Positions 56,398-64,000 of a stretch of 64,000 nt of DNA are shown in pieces. The translations under genes and the position numbers were made by a program. Each line of letters opens with the position of its first letter. The stretch's first letter is position 1. Below the pieces are notes generated by a model that did no database searches, was not told where the DNA came from, and worked only from the letters and a program-made list of their open reading frames with translations. This stretch comes from a virus (lineage: Duplodnaviria > Caudoviricetes), in IMG/VR virus record IMGVR_UViG_2873571580_000001; one strand, written 5' to 3'.

Positions 56398-56578
56398 GAG
56401 GTTTCGTGAACACCGTTCGATCATTCCTGAACTTAATTGGAATGCGCCGTCATTCCGCTGGCGGCATCAAGTCTCTGAAGTGGGCACTGCGCCTGCTCTG
56501 GCGCAACAACCAAACCAGTCGCCGTCGTTCGCATGTTGAGCGCCGCGCCGAAGTCGAACGCGCTGCACGTCAGCGTCT

Positions 56579-57256
56579 TTGAAAGATCACATGAAAAACA
56601 TCCACCTCAACACAACAATGAAAAGTGAAGTCATTTTGATGATGGCGTATGCGGCATATCGCCCAGGTGCGTCCGACGCTGATGCGCAGGCAAAGCTTCG
56701 TCGAGGCTTCGAGTCCATCGTTGACGAGTTGCGCCGCATTGAAGCAATCCCCAAGGCTGACATTGACGAGTTTGTCGCGGCCTCAAAAGCTGGCGCAGAA
56801 GTCGAACAACTCATGATCCATGCAGTCTTGTTCGCCAACATGCTGCCGGACGTTGACTACTTTGCGGCTCTGGTGGGTGCAGGCTTCGGTGACGATGAGG
56901 AAATCATGCAAGGCCCACCGATTGCGGTCAACGAGAAGTTCATGGAGGCCGGGAACGCCTTGAAGGCCTTGCGCGATCAACATGGTGACGATGCGGTTTG
57001 TTCTCCAGAAGGCGACAGGCTTTTCATGCAGTTGCTGGAGAACGCTCCTCCCGAGTTCATGGACATCGTGAGCAACGAAGCCAAGGAACGCGGTCTACTG
57101 CCTGAAACCAAGTACGTGAACGATGCAGGCGAGCCCGTCTATTCCGCTCAGCAGCTCGCCGATCAATTAGGCGTACCGCTTGAACAAGTTGAGGAGGACA
57201 TCAAGCGACTCGTCGGCGACCGCCTTCCGGTAGGCAAGGTGCATCAACTGCAGTAA
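56579..57256 (+). CDS. Early hypothetical, acidic, C-terminal HTH-like
   Basis: VYSAQQLADQLGVPLEQV motif. Confidence 0.6.
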   Translation: MKDHMKNIHLNTTMKSEVILMMAYAAYRPGASDADAQAKLRRGFESIVDELRRIEAIPKADIDEFVAASKAGAEVEQLMIHAVLFANMLPDVDYFAALVGAGFGDDEEIMQGPPIAVNEKFMEAGNALKALRDQHGDDAVCSPEGDRLFMQLLENAPPEFMDIVSNEAKERGLLPETKYVNDAGEPVYSAQQLADQLGVPLEQVEEDIKRLVGDRLPVGKVHQLQ

Positions 57257-57407
57257 GCCAAAGATCAGCACGGAAAACCTTCGTGGGTTGGGCAAATGTC
57301 GTCCAACACACTTTTGAGTAACTCAACAGTCCCCTACCCGTGACGGAAGTGTGCGTCGCAATTTCTTGGGAATTAACGGATATTCAGGACCAGAAAGGAA
57401 AGCAGCA

Positions 57408-58325
57408 ATGAGCAACATCGCCCCATCCACCCCCACACCGGTCACCATGACCAGCCTCGAAATCGTCGATTTCATCAACGACCTTCGCAAGGAAGATGCA
57501 CACGCTGCAGGCGCGGCATTCCCATCTCAAGGATTCGCCAAGCTGGAGCACTCCGACTTCATGAAAAAGGTGCCTGAAGTACTGGAGGAACGTGCCGGAA
57601 TTTTTTCCGCCACGTACCAAATCCCTGGCCCGAATAGCTCCAGCCGTACAGCGCCCTGCTACCGCTTCCCGAAGCGCGAAGCCTCGCTGATGGCGATGAG
57701 CTACAGCTACAAGATCCAGGCCAAGGTGTGGGACCACATGACGGCACTGGAGGAAAAGCTGAACTCCCGCGAGTCTGCTGCACTGGAGCAATCGACAAAG
57801 CCCGCGCGCGTTCGTGGCCGCACGCCGCTGGAGCAAGTGAAGATCATCAACTTCGTGGGGGATGCGTTGAAGGATGTCCCCGGCGTGCGCCTGGGCCGTA
57901 TCGCCGCCGCCAAGCTCAAGGCCTTTGCCGAGCAAACGGGCCTCGATTTCAGCGACTTCCGCCGTGCGCTGCCACCCTTGCCGCTGGACCAGATGGTGCA
58001 CCTGAACCCCACGCAGATCGGGGCGCGCGTCGGCGAGTTGACCGGGCGCGGGAAGATCAGCGGTCAGGCCGTCAACAAGATTCTTCTCTCGCTCGGCCTG
58101 CAACGCAGGGTGGAGGATGGCTATGTGCTGACCGAGGCGGGCACCAAGTACGGTGAGATCCACGATTACAAGGCCGAGAACGATCACTCAGGCTTGCAGA
58201 TTGACTGGTATGAGTCGGTGGTTTCACTGGTCCGGGACAACCTGCCAGAAGCAACCGGGAAGAGCAGCAAACGCAGCATGAAGCTGCGCCCGGGTCCCGG
58301 CGAGCCGCGGGGAGCCATGTCGTGA
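57408..58325 (+). CDS. Rha-family regulator / antirepressor-like protein
   Basis: TMTSLEI..., PCYRFPKREA.LMAMSYSY...A.V.D motif. Confidence 0.75.
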   Translation: MSNIAPSTPTPVTMTSLEIVDFINDLRKEDAHAAGAAFPSQGFAKLEHSDFMKKVPEVLEERAGIFSATYQIPGPNSSSRTAPCYRFPKREASLMAMSYSYKIQAKVWDHMTALEEKLNSRESAALEQSTKPARVRGRTPLEQVKIINFVGDALKDVPGVRLGRIAAAKLKAFAEQTGLDFSDFRRALPPLPLDQMVHLNPTQIGARVGELTGRGKISGQAVNKILLSLGLQRRVEDGYVLTEAGTKYGEIHDYKAENDHSGLQIDWYESVVSLVRDNLPEATGKSSKRSMKLRPGPGEPRGAMS

Positions 58326-58410
58326 ACAGATCCCCAAAAGGCGAAGCCGGAATGCGCTTGGACCCGCAAACCGGCTTCTAGATCAAAAACCACTCGTAGG
58401 AATTTAGATC

Positions 58411-59256
58411 ATGAGCGAGATTATCGCGCGCCCCGCTGCGGGCGCAAGGGCTACCCACGCCCAACGGAAGGCTACCAAGGCCGTCAGCCTACCGGTGGCG
58501 CAACAGGCACCCGCGCAAAGCGAGCGCGACACGCTGGCGCTGCAGGTGGCGGAGATCCTGCAGACCATGTACATGGCTGCGGCGTACTACGATGATGGCG
58601 GGCCCCGCACGAATAACAACACGCACTTCGATGTCGTTGACCACCTGCTTGGCCTGCTGCTCGCACCAGAGCATCACGAGCGCGGCGAAGCAGATCCGGA
58701 GTGCGGCGACATCCACGAGCATCTCACGCAGATCGCTGATGAACTGCAGGATGGCGCGAGCCTGATGGACGAACACCCGCTCGCGAACCTTGCGGCTCCA
58801 ATGCAGGCGATGTACGCAGCCATGGCTCACCGCGCAGCCGAGTATGCGGATCGCCTGTTCATGGCGTACTGCGCGGACTCGCTCGATGACCTGCGCCACC
58901 TGACGACCTTCGCAGGCATGCGCCCTTTCCGCGACCGCCCGCAGCCGTCGATTCGCCGGGTTGAAGAAATCCCAGTGACCACCGCAACAGAAGCCCACAA
59001 GGCCGGAGAAAAGGGCCGTCTGCTCGCGCTTCAATGCACATGGGACATCGATGCTGTAGCAAATGCCGTGACGTCGATGGCTGATGAGATCGTTGGCGAC
59101 TCCCTTACCGAGGGTCTGCTGCGCTGCTATGGCACTCGCATCATGTCGCTGAACGGAGCACTTATGTCGTATCTGGATCAAGACCCAATGACTGCCAAAG
59201 ATATGCACCGCAAGGTATTCGGCGGAGCAAAGGCATTCGAAGGAGCTGCAGCATGA
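58411..59256 (+). CDS. Early hypothetical protein
   Basis: 281-aa ORF coupled to next gene. Confidence 0.6.
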   Translation: MSEIIARPAAGARATHAQRKATKAVSLPVAQQAPAQSERDTLALQVAEILQTMYMAAAYYDDGGPRTNNNTHFDVVDHLLGLLLAPEHHERGEADPECGDIHEHLTQIADELQDGASLMDEHPLANLAAPMQAMYAAMAHRAAEYADRLFMAYCADSLDDLRHLTTFAGMRPFRDRPQPSIRRVEEIPVTTATEAHKAGEKGRLLALQCTWDIDAVANAVTSMADEIVGDSLTEGLLRCYGTRIMSLNGALMSYLDQDPMTAKDMHRKVFGGAKAFEGAAA

Positions 59257-60044
59257 ACGCCGTCATCGAAAAGCAAAACGCCAAGTTCCTGCCCAAGAAG
59301 GCCGCGCCAGCCCCAGCGAAGAACGATCTCGGCGCATCACTGAGCGTCCTGCAGGGCTTGCTTGACAGCGCATGGCAATCATCATGCGATCCCGAGCAAG
59401 GCTCCTGCGATGGCACCCGCCTGCTGGCCACGGCCACATCTATGGTTGAAGGCCTGCAGGCTGACCACAGTAGCCCGGTCAAAGTAGAGTGCGCACTCTA
59501 TGACGTAGCCGCGCAAGTGAAGGCTGCACTGCTGGTGCCAGGCGATACGCCGTCCGCTGAGCGCGTTGCGCTGGTGGGCCAGATCGGCGTCGTGCTGGGT
59601 GGGTTGCTCGACGATCCGCTGGTGCTGAAGAACTGGGGCCCAGCCCCAAGCAGTACGCCCGCCTTCGCATTCGAAGAGATCGATTTCCCTGAGGTGATCC
59701 CGAACGTACACGCACGCGTCATTGAGGCGCTGAGCGTGCTGGAAATGGCTGCTGAGCATCACGGCGACCATGCGGTCTGGGGTCTTCATCACCTCACCGA
59801 TTGGCTCGACGCGCAATGCGAGATGCATGAGTCTGACCGCACGCCATGGACTGATGGGCAATTCAGTAAGTTGCTCGCAGATGTCGCCACGACCGTTGCC
59901 GTGCTTGATGAGATCAACAACCGGCTGGACTGCCAGTTACTGCACGCAGCGCGGACGATCCTCAACGTAGCCATGGAGTCGCTGAACGCCGCAGATGCAG
60001 CTTCATCTGCCAAGCGCAAGGCAGAGCAGGAGACGCCTCAATGA
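59253..60044 (+). CDS. Early hypothetical protein
   Basis: 263-aa ORF with ATGA overlaps at both ends. Confidence 0.6.
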   Translation: MNAVIEKQNAKFLPKKAAPAPAKNDLGASLSVLQGLLDSAWQSSCDPEQGSCDGTRLLATATSMVEGLQADHSSPVKVECALYDVAAQVKAALLVPGDTPSAERVALVGQIGVVLGGLLDDPLVLKNWGPAPSSTPAFAFEEIDFPEVIPNVHARVIEALSVLEMAAEHHGDHAVWGLHHLTDWLDAQCEMHESDRTPWTDGQFSKLLADVATTVAVLDEINNRLDCQLLHAARTILNVAMESLNAADAASSAKRKAEQETPQ

Positions 60045-60268
60045 CAACCGCAACGAAAGACCCACGCCCAGTAATCACCGCTGCCCGGTTCGTGACTGTC
60101 GAGTTGGCTGCCGTGATGACAGGGCTGTCTGCAGGAGCCATTCGCAAGCGCATCGAGCGCGGCGTCTGGCTGGAAAACAAGGAATGGCGACGCGGTCCTG
60201 ACGAACGCGTCTGGATTGACACCAAGGGGATTGAGGCATGGGTACTTCAAAAATCGGCGGCGGCGTAG
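60041..60268 (+). CDS. xis: Excisionase (prophage B)
   Basis: FVTVELAAVMTGLSAGAIRKRIERGVW; homologous to 16449-16679. Confidence 0.85.
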   Translation: MTTATKDPRPVITAARFVTVELAAVMTGLSAGAIRKRIERGVWLENKEWRRGPDERVWIDTKGIEAWVLQKSAAA

Positions 60269-61437
60269 AGATTCGGGAAAAGAGCATCCGACTCTTTTTC
60301 GTCTGGAACGGCACGCGCTACCGCGAAACGCTGACCATCGGCGGGAAGGTGGCAATGCCCACCGCCGCCAACATCAAGCACGCCCACCGCACTGCGCTTG
60401 AGATTCGCAACAAGATCAACGTAGATGCATTCGTGCTGGCCGAATACTTTCCGGACTCGCCACGAGCGAAGCAGACCATAGCCACTGACGAGCGAAATTT
60501 TGGCCAGTGGTGCGAGCTCTGGCTTGAAACGAAGGGGCGTCTTGCCAAGAACACGCGCGACCAGTACAGGTGCGCCCTCGAAATCTGGAAGTCGCTCTAC
60601 GGCGCCGAGTCGGCGATGAAAGACCTCACGCACGCGGTCATTGCCGCCAAGGTGGGCAACACGCCGTGGAAGTCACCGAAGCTCCTGAACAACTACCTGA
60701 TCAGCTTGCGCGGTGTATTCACGCTCGCCGGTCGCGAGCTGAAGATCGAAGACCCCATGGACGGGATCGAGAACAGCAAGCACCAGCCCCCGCAGCCGGA
60801 TCCACTCTCGCCCGACGAGATGGAGCAGGTTCTTGCTCACCTGCGCGAGAAGCTTGATGTGCGGGCATGGGCCTATTTTGAGTTCGCCTTCATGACCGGA
60901 ATGCGCCCAGAAGAGTTGATCGAGCTCCGCTGGGGGGATGTCGACTGGAAAAGCCGCACCATCCGGGTCGAGCGCGCCCGAACGGCTGGCGAGGTAAAGC
61001 CCCTCAAGACCTACAACGCGCGTGACGTGGACATGGTCAGCCGGGCCATTGCGGCTTTGGAAGTCATGAAACCGTGGACGATGGTGGGCAGCAGCGGGCC
61101 AGAGGATGGCCCGAAAGGTCGCCAGATCTTCGAGAACCCCGGCACCGACAAGCCGTGGCACGACGAACGCAGCCAGCGCGACACCTACTGGCGCCCCGCC
61201 CTGCGAGCTGCCGGGATTCGCTGGCGCCGGGCGTACCAGACGCGGCACACCTACGCGACCAATGCACTAGGGGCCGGGGTGAATCCTGCCTACATCGCCA
61301 GGCAGATGGGGCACAAGAACGCGAAGATGCTTTTCACCGTCTATGCGAAGTGGATCGATGGGGCTGACCGTGGCCGGGAACTGGCAAAACTGGAGGCCGT
61401 GCTCAGAAACGAAAAAACCGCCCAGAAGGCGGTTTAA
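60238..61437 (+). CDS. int: Tyrosine integrase (prophage B)
   Basis: FMTGMRPEEL, RR.YQTRHTYA, QMGH...YAKW; adjacent to att/tRNA. Confidence 0.95.
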   Translation: MGTSKIGGGVEIREKSIRLFFVWNGTRYRETLTIGGKVAMPTAANIKHAHRTALEIRNKINVDAFVLAEYFPDSPRAKQTIATDERNFGQWCELWLETKGRLAKNTRDQYRCALEIWKSLYGAESAMKDLTHAVIAAKVGNTPWKSPKLLNNYLISLRGVFTLAGRELKIEDPMDGIENSKHQPPQPDPLSPDEMEQVLAHLREKLDVRAWAYFEFAFMTGMRPEELIELRWGDVDWKSRTIRVERARTAGEVKPLKTYNARDVDMVSRAIAALEVMKPWTMVGSSGPEDGPKGRQIFENPGTDKPWHDERSQRDTYWRPALRAAGIRWRRAYQTRHTYATNALGAGVNPAYIARQMGHKNAKMLFTVYAKWIDGADRGRELAKLEAVLRNEKTAQKAV

Positions 61438-61457
61438 TCTACGAGAACTCTTTGACG

Positions 61458-61478
61458 AGTTCCCCAAGAGTTCCCTGA
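61458..61478 (+). promoter_or_regulatory. Putative arm-type sites of prophage B (right end)
   Basis: AGTTCCCCAA (61458) and AGTTCCCTGA (61469). Confidence 0.7.
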
Positions 61479-61512
61479 AATTCTGAAGTCTGGTCTCCTT
61501 CAGAGGGAAAAC

Positions 61513-61539
61513 TTGGTAGGCGCGATTGGACTCGAACCA
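61513..61539. repeat. att core in tRNA-Val 3' end
   Basis: Identical to 17881-17907. Confidence 0.97.
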
Positions 61540-61590
61540 ACGACCCCCACCATGTCAAGGTGGTGCTCTAACCAGCTGAGCTACGCGCCT
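61514..61590 (-). tRNA. tRNA-Val(GAC)
   Basis: Reverse complement AGGCGCGTAGCTCAGCTGGTTAGAGCACCACCTTGACATGGTGGGGGTCGTTGGTTCGAGTCCAATCGCGCCTACCA. Confidence 0.98.
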
Positions 61591-61729
61591 GTTAATCTTT
61601 TCGAGAAGCTGAAATTATAGCAGTAAAAATTCGCTGTTTTTTTTGAATCTCGAAGATTTTTTCTTCAAATCTCTCAAACCGCTTGCTTTGCCGCCTCAAC
61701 CCCGCGAAGCCTTCGATTATGGCACAGTT

Positions 61730-64000
61730 TTAACGCCTTCTCGCAGAAAACACCCCTTGAACGTTCGCAACCAGTCCCAACACCTTGTTGAGGCGGCCAG
61801 AGTCGGAGACTTCCACGGTGAAGGTCATCCAGGCTGTGCCCTTGACGGACTGGGTCTGCACGCCGATGACGTTGGTCTTTTCGCGGGCGAAGACTTCGGA
61901 GATGTCGCGCAGCAGGCCCTGACGGTCGTGGGCTTCGACGGAGACGTCGACGGGGTAGACGGCGCTTTCCTTTTGCGGCTTGGATGCGCCCCACTCCACT
62001 TCGATCACGCGCTCGGCGTTGCGGGCGGCCATTTCGCGGAAGTTGCTGCAGTCTGCGCGGTGCACGCTCACGCCCTTGCCGCGTGTGACGAAGCCGCGAA
62101 TCTCGTCCGGTGGCGCGGGGCGGCAGCATTTGGCGAGCTGGGTCATGAGCGAGTCGATACCCACGACCAGCACACCGCCCTTGGAGCCCGAATCGCTTGC
62201 GCGGCTCTTGCGCACGAGGTTCATCTCGTCCGCTGTGATCTCGGTCGGCGCGGGCGCGGGGCGCAGCAGCGTTTCAATCGAGCGCAGGGACAGCTCATCC
62301 TTGCCGACCACTTCAAACAAAGCGTCGGCGGACTTGAGCCCCAGTTGCGTGGCCAGGTCATCAAGCTTGATGGCCGTTTTGCCTTCGCGCTGCAGCAGCT
62401 TTTCAACCGCTTCGCGCCCCTTGGCGACCGTGACGTGTGTGGCCTGCGCGTTGAACCAGGCGCGCACCTTGGCGCGGGCGCGATTGCTGGTGAGATAGCC
62501 GAGTTCGGGATTCAGCCAGTCGCGCGAAGGACGCCCTTCCTTGACTGTAGTGATCTCGACCGTCTGCCCGTTTTCGAGCGGCGTGTTGAGCGTCACCATG
62601 TTGCCATCCACCTTGGCACCGCGGCAGCGATGGCCGACGTTGGTGTGCACGGCGTAGGCAAAATCGACCGGCGTGGAGCCGCGCGGCAGCTCGATCACGG
62701 CGGCGTCGGGCGTCAGCACGTAGATGCGATCGTCGAACAGCCCGCTGCGGCTGGCCGTGCCGGTCATGTCGCGTTCCCAGGCGAGCAGTTGGCGCAACAC
62801 GGCAATCTTCGCGTCGTATTCGCTCGCGGCCGACACGCCCGCGTAGCCCTTGGTGCCTGCTTCCTTGTAGGCCCAGTGCGCAGCCACGCCGCTTTCGGCG
62901 TGGTCGTCCATGGCCTGCGTGCGGATCTGGATTTCGATGGCCTTGCCAGCTTCATCGCGCACCACGGTGTGCAGCGATTGATAGCCGTTGGGCTTTGGGC
63001 GCACGATGTAGTCGTCGAACTCGGCTTCCAGCGGCTCGAAATGCGAATGTACCCATGACAGCGCGGCGTAGCAGTCCTTCACCGAAGGCACGATCACACG
63101 CAACGCGCGGATGTCGAACAACTGGTTGAAGTTGAGCGACTTGCCGCGCATCTTCTTGATGATGCTGTAGATGTGCTTGGGGCGGCCCTTGACCGTCGCG
63201 CTGATGCTGCGAGCACGCAACTCGGATTCAAGGCGGCTGCGCAACTGCTCCATGTAGAGCTCGCGCTCGGCACGTTTTTCATCGAGCAGACGCGCGATTT
63301 CCTTGTAGGTGTCCGGCTCCAGAAAACGGAAGGACAAGTCCTCCAGTTCCCACTTGATCTGCCAGATGCCCAGGCGATTGGCGAGCGGCGCAAACACCTG
63401 CAGCGCCTCGCGCGCCATGCCGGGTGACACCGGGCGCTTGGTGGCTGCATAAAAGCGCAACGTCTGCAGTCGCGATGCAAGGCGCAGCAGCACCACGCGC
63501 AAGTCCTTGGAGAACGCGAGCAGCATCTTGCGCACGTTCTCGGTTTGCGTGGCCACGTCGTCCACCTGCATGCCCGCCACCTGCGCCGCACGCGCCTGCT
63601 CCTGCACGCGCATGAGCTTGGTGGTTTCGCAGGCCAGCTCGGCAAAGTTCTGACCGAAGGCCTTGGTGATGACTTCTTCGGGCTTGTTCAGATGCGACGA
63701 GGCATAGACCAGATAGACAGCCGCCTGCAGCGTTTCCGAGCTGCCGATGCCTTTGAGAATGGCGGCCACCGCATCGGCGTGTGCCAGCGTGCTTTCGCCG
63801 GTTTCAAGAAATTCGCCCGTGAGCAGCGGTACGGAGAACGCACGCACTTTGTCGAGCGAACCCACATGCTCGGCACCCACATCGGCCGTGGCTGCGATCA
63901 ATTGCGGAACGGCTTCAGCCGCCAATCCGGACAGGGACGCTGAACCCGATGCCGGTCCGTTTCCGACATTCAGGGATGTGCCGATTGCATTGGTTTTCAT
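61730..64000 (-). CDS. relA: (p)ppGpp synthetase RelA
   Basis: GRPKHIYSI, DIRALR, KPNGYQSLHT, EIQIRT, TGS and ACT domains; HD hydrolase motif not evident. Confidence 0.95.
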   Translation of the reverse strand: MKTNAIGTSLNVGNGPASGSASLSGLAAEAVPQLIAATADVGAEHVGSLDKVRAFSVPLLTGEFLETGESTLAHADAVAAILKGIGSSETLQAAVYLVYASSHLNKPEEVITKAFGQNFAELACETTKLMRVQEQARAAQVAGMQVDDVATQTENVRKMLLAFSKDLRVVLLRLASRLQTLRFYAATKRPVSPGMAREALQVFAPLANRLGIWQIKWELEDLSFRFLEPDTYKEIARLLDEKRAERELYMEQLRSRLESELRARSISATVKGRPKHIYSIIKKMRGKSLNFNQLFDIRALRVIVPSVKDCYAALSWVHSHFEPLEAEFDDYIVRPKPNGYQSLHTVVRDEAGKAIEIQIRTQAMDDHAESGVAAHWAYKEAGTKGYAGVSAASEYDAKIAVLRQLLAWERDMTGTASRSGLFDDRIYVLTPDAAVIELPRGSTPVDFAYAVHTNVGHRCRGAKVDGNMVTLNTPLENGQTVEITTVKEGRPSRDWLNPELGYLTSNRARAKVRAWFNAQATHVTVAKGREAVEKLLQREGKTAIKLDDLATQLGLKSADALFEVVGKDELSLRSIETLLRPAPAPTEITADEMNLVRKSRASDSGSKGGVLVVGIDSLMTQLAKCCRPAPPDEIRGFVTRGKGVSVHRADCSNFREMAARNAERVIEVEWGASKPQKESAVYPVDVSVEAHDRQGLLRDISEVFAREKTNVIGVQTQSVKGTAWMTFTVEVSDSGRLNKVLGLVANVQGVFSARRR

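Larger units (their letters stand above)
17881..61539. mobile_element. Prophage B, apparently complete lambdoid siphovirus (~43.7 kb)
   Basis: Bounded by identical 27-bp att cores; integration, immunity, replication, head, tail and lysis modules all present. Confidence 0.95.

Noticed and set aside
56190-56582. ORFs 56190-56582, 56216-56539, 56180-56413 and 55936-56355 across the array
   Set aside because: Their LAW/GMA/QG-type repeats are by-products of translating a period-5 repeat; hairpins and terminator favour an RNA. Only the 3' part from about 56407 might code.
57558-57575. Partial match (TTn ATn AAn AAn) to the reverse-complement gapped target
   Set aside because: Only four consecutive dinucleotides match; flanks fail.

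Overview
Betaproteobacterial chromosome, probably Comamonadaceae (inferred from the IPTL-CTERM proteins). The only host genes are relA (61730-64000, -) and tRNA-Val(GAC) (61514-61590, -). The rest is two lambdoid prophages integrated in tandem at the tRNA 3' end, sharing a 27-bp att core at 17881-17907 and 61513-61539. Prophage B (17881-61539) looks complete: integrase/xis, early operon, cI/cro switch, initiator and primase-helicase, Q-like gene, cos-type HK97-like head, long tail, lysis cassette and a cargo block. Prophage A (<1-17907) runs off the left edge and looks defective: an IS3 (itself interrupted by an IS5-family element) sits where its immunity region should be, with no target duplication. 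The top finding is in the early operon of prophage B. A small RAMP/Cas7-like gene (55152-55721) and a putative winged-helix gene (55714-56166) are followed by a hairpin-bracketed array of 17 period-5 GGY-NN units (56218-56302). This matches my recollection of the reported VIPR-type RNA-guided systems, where the NN dinucleotides spell a gapped DNA target; no target was found by partial manual inspection. The prophages also carry three IPTL-CTERM surface-protein genes with swapped N-terminal domains; two share a ~97% identical 594-bp repeat flanking terS/terL.
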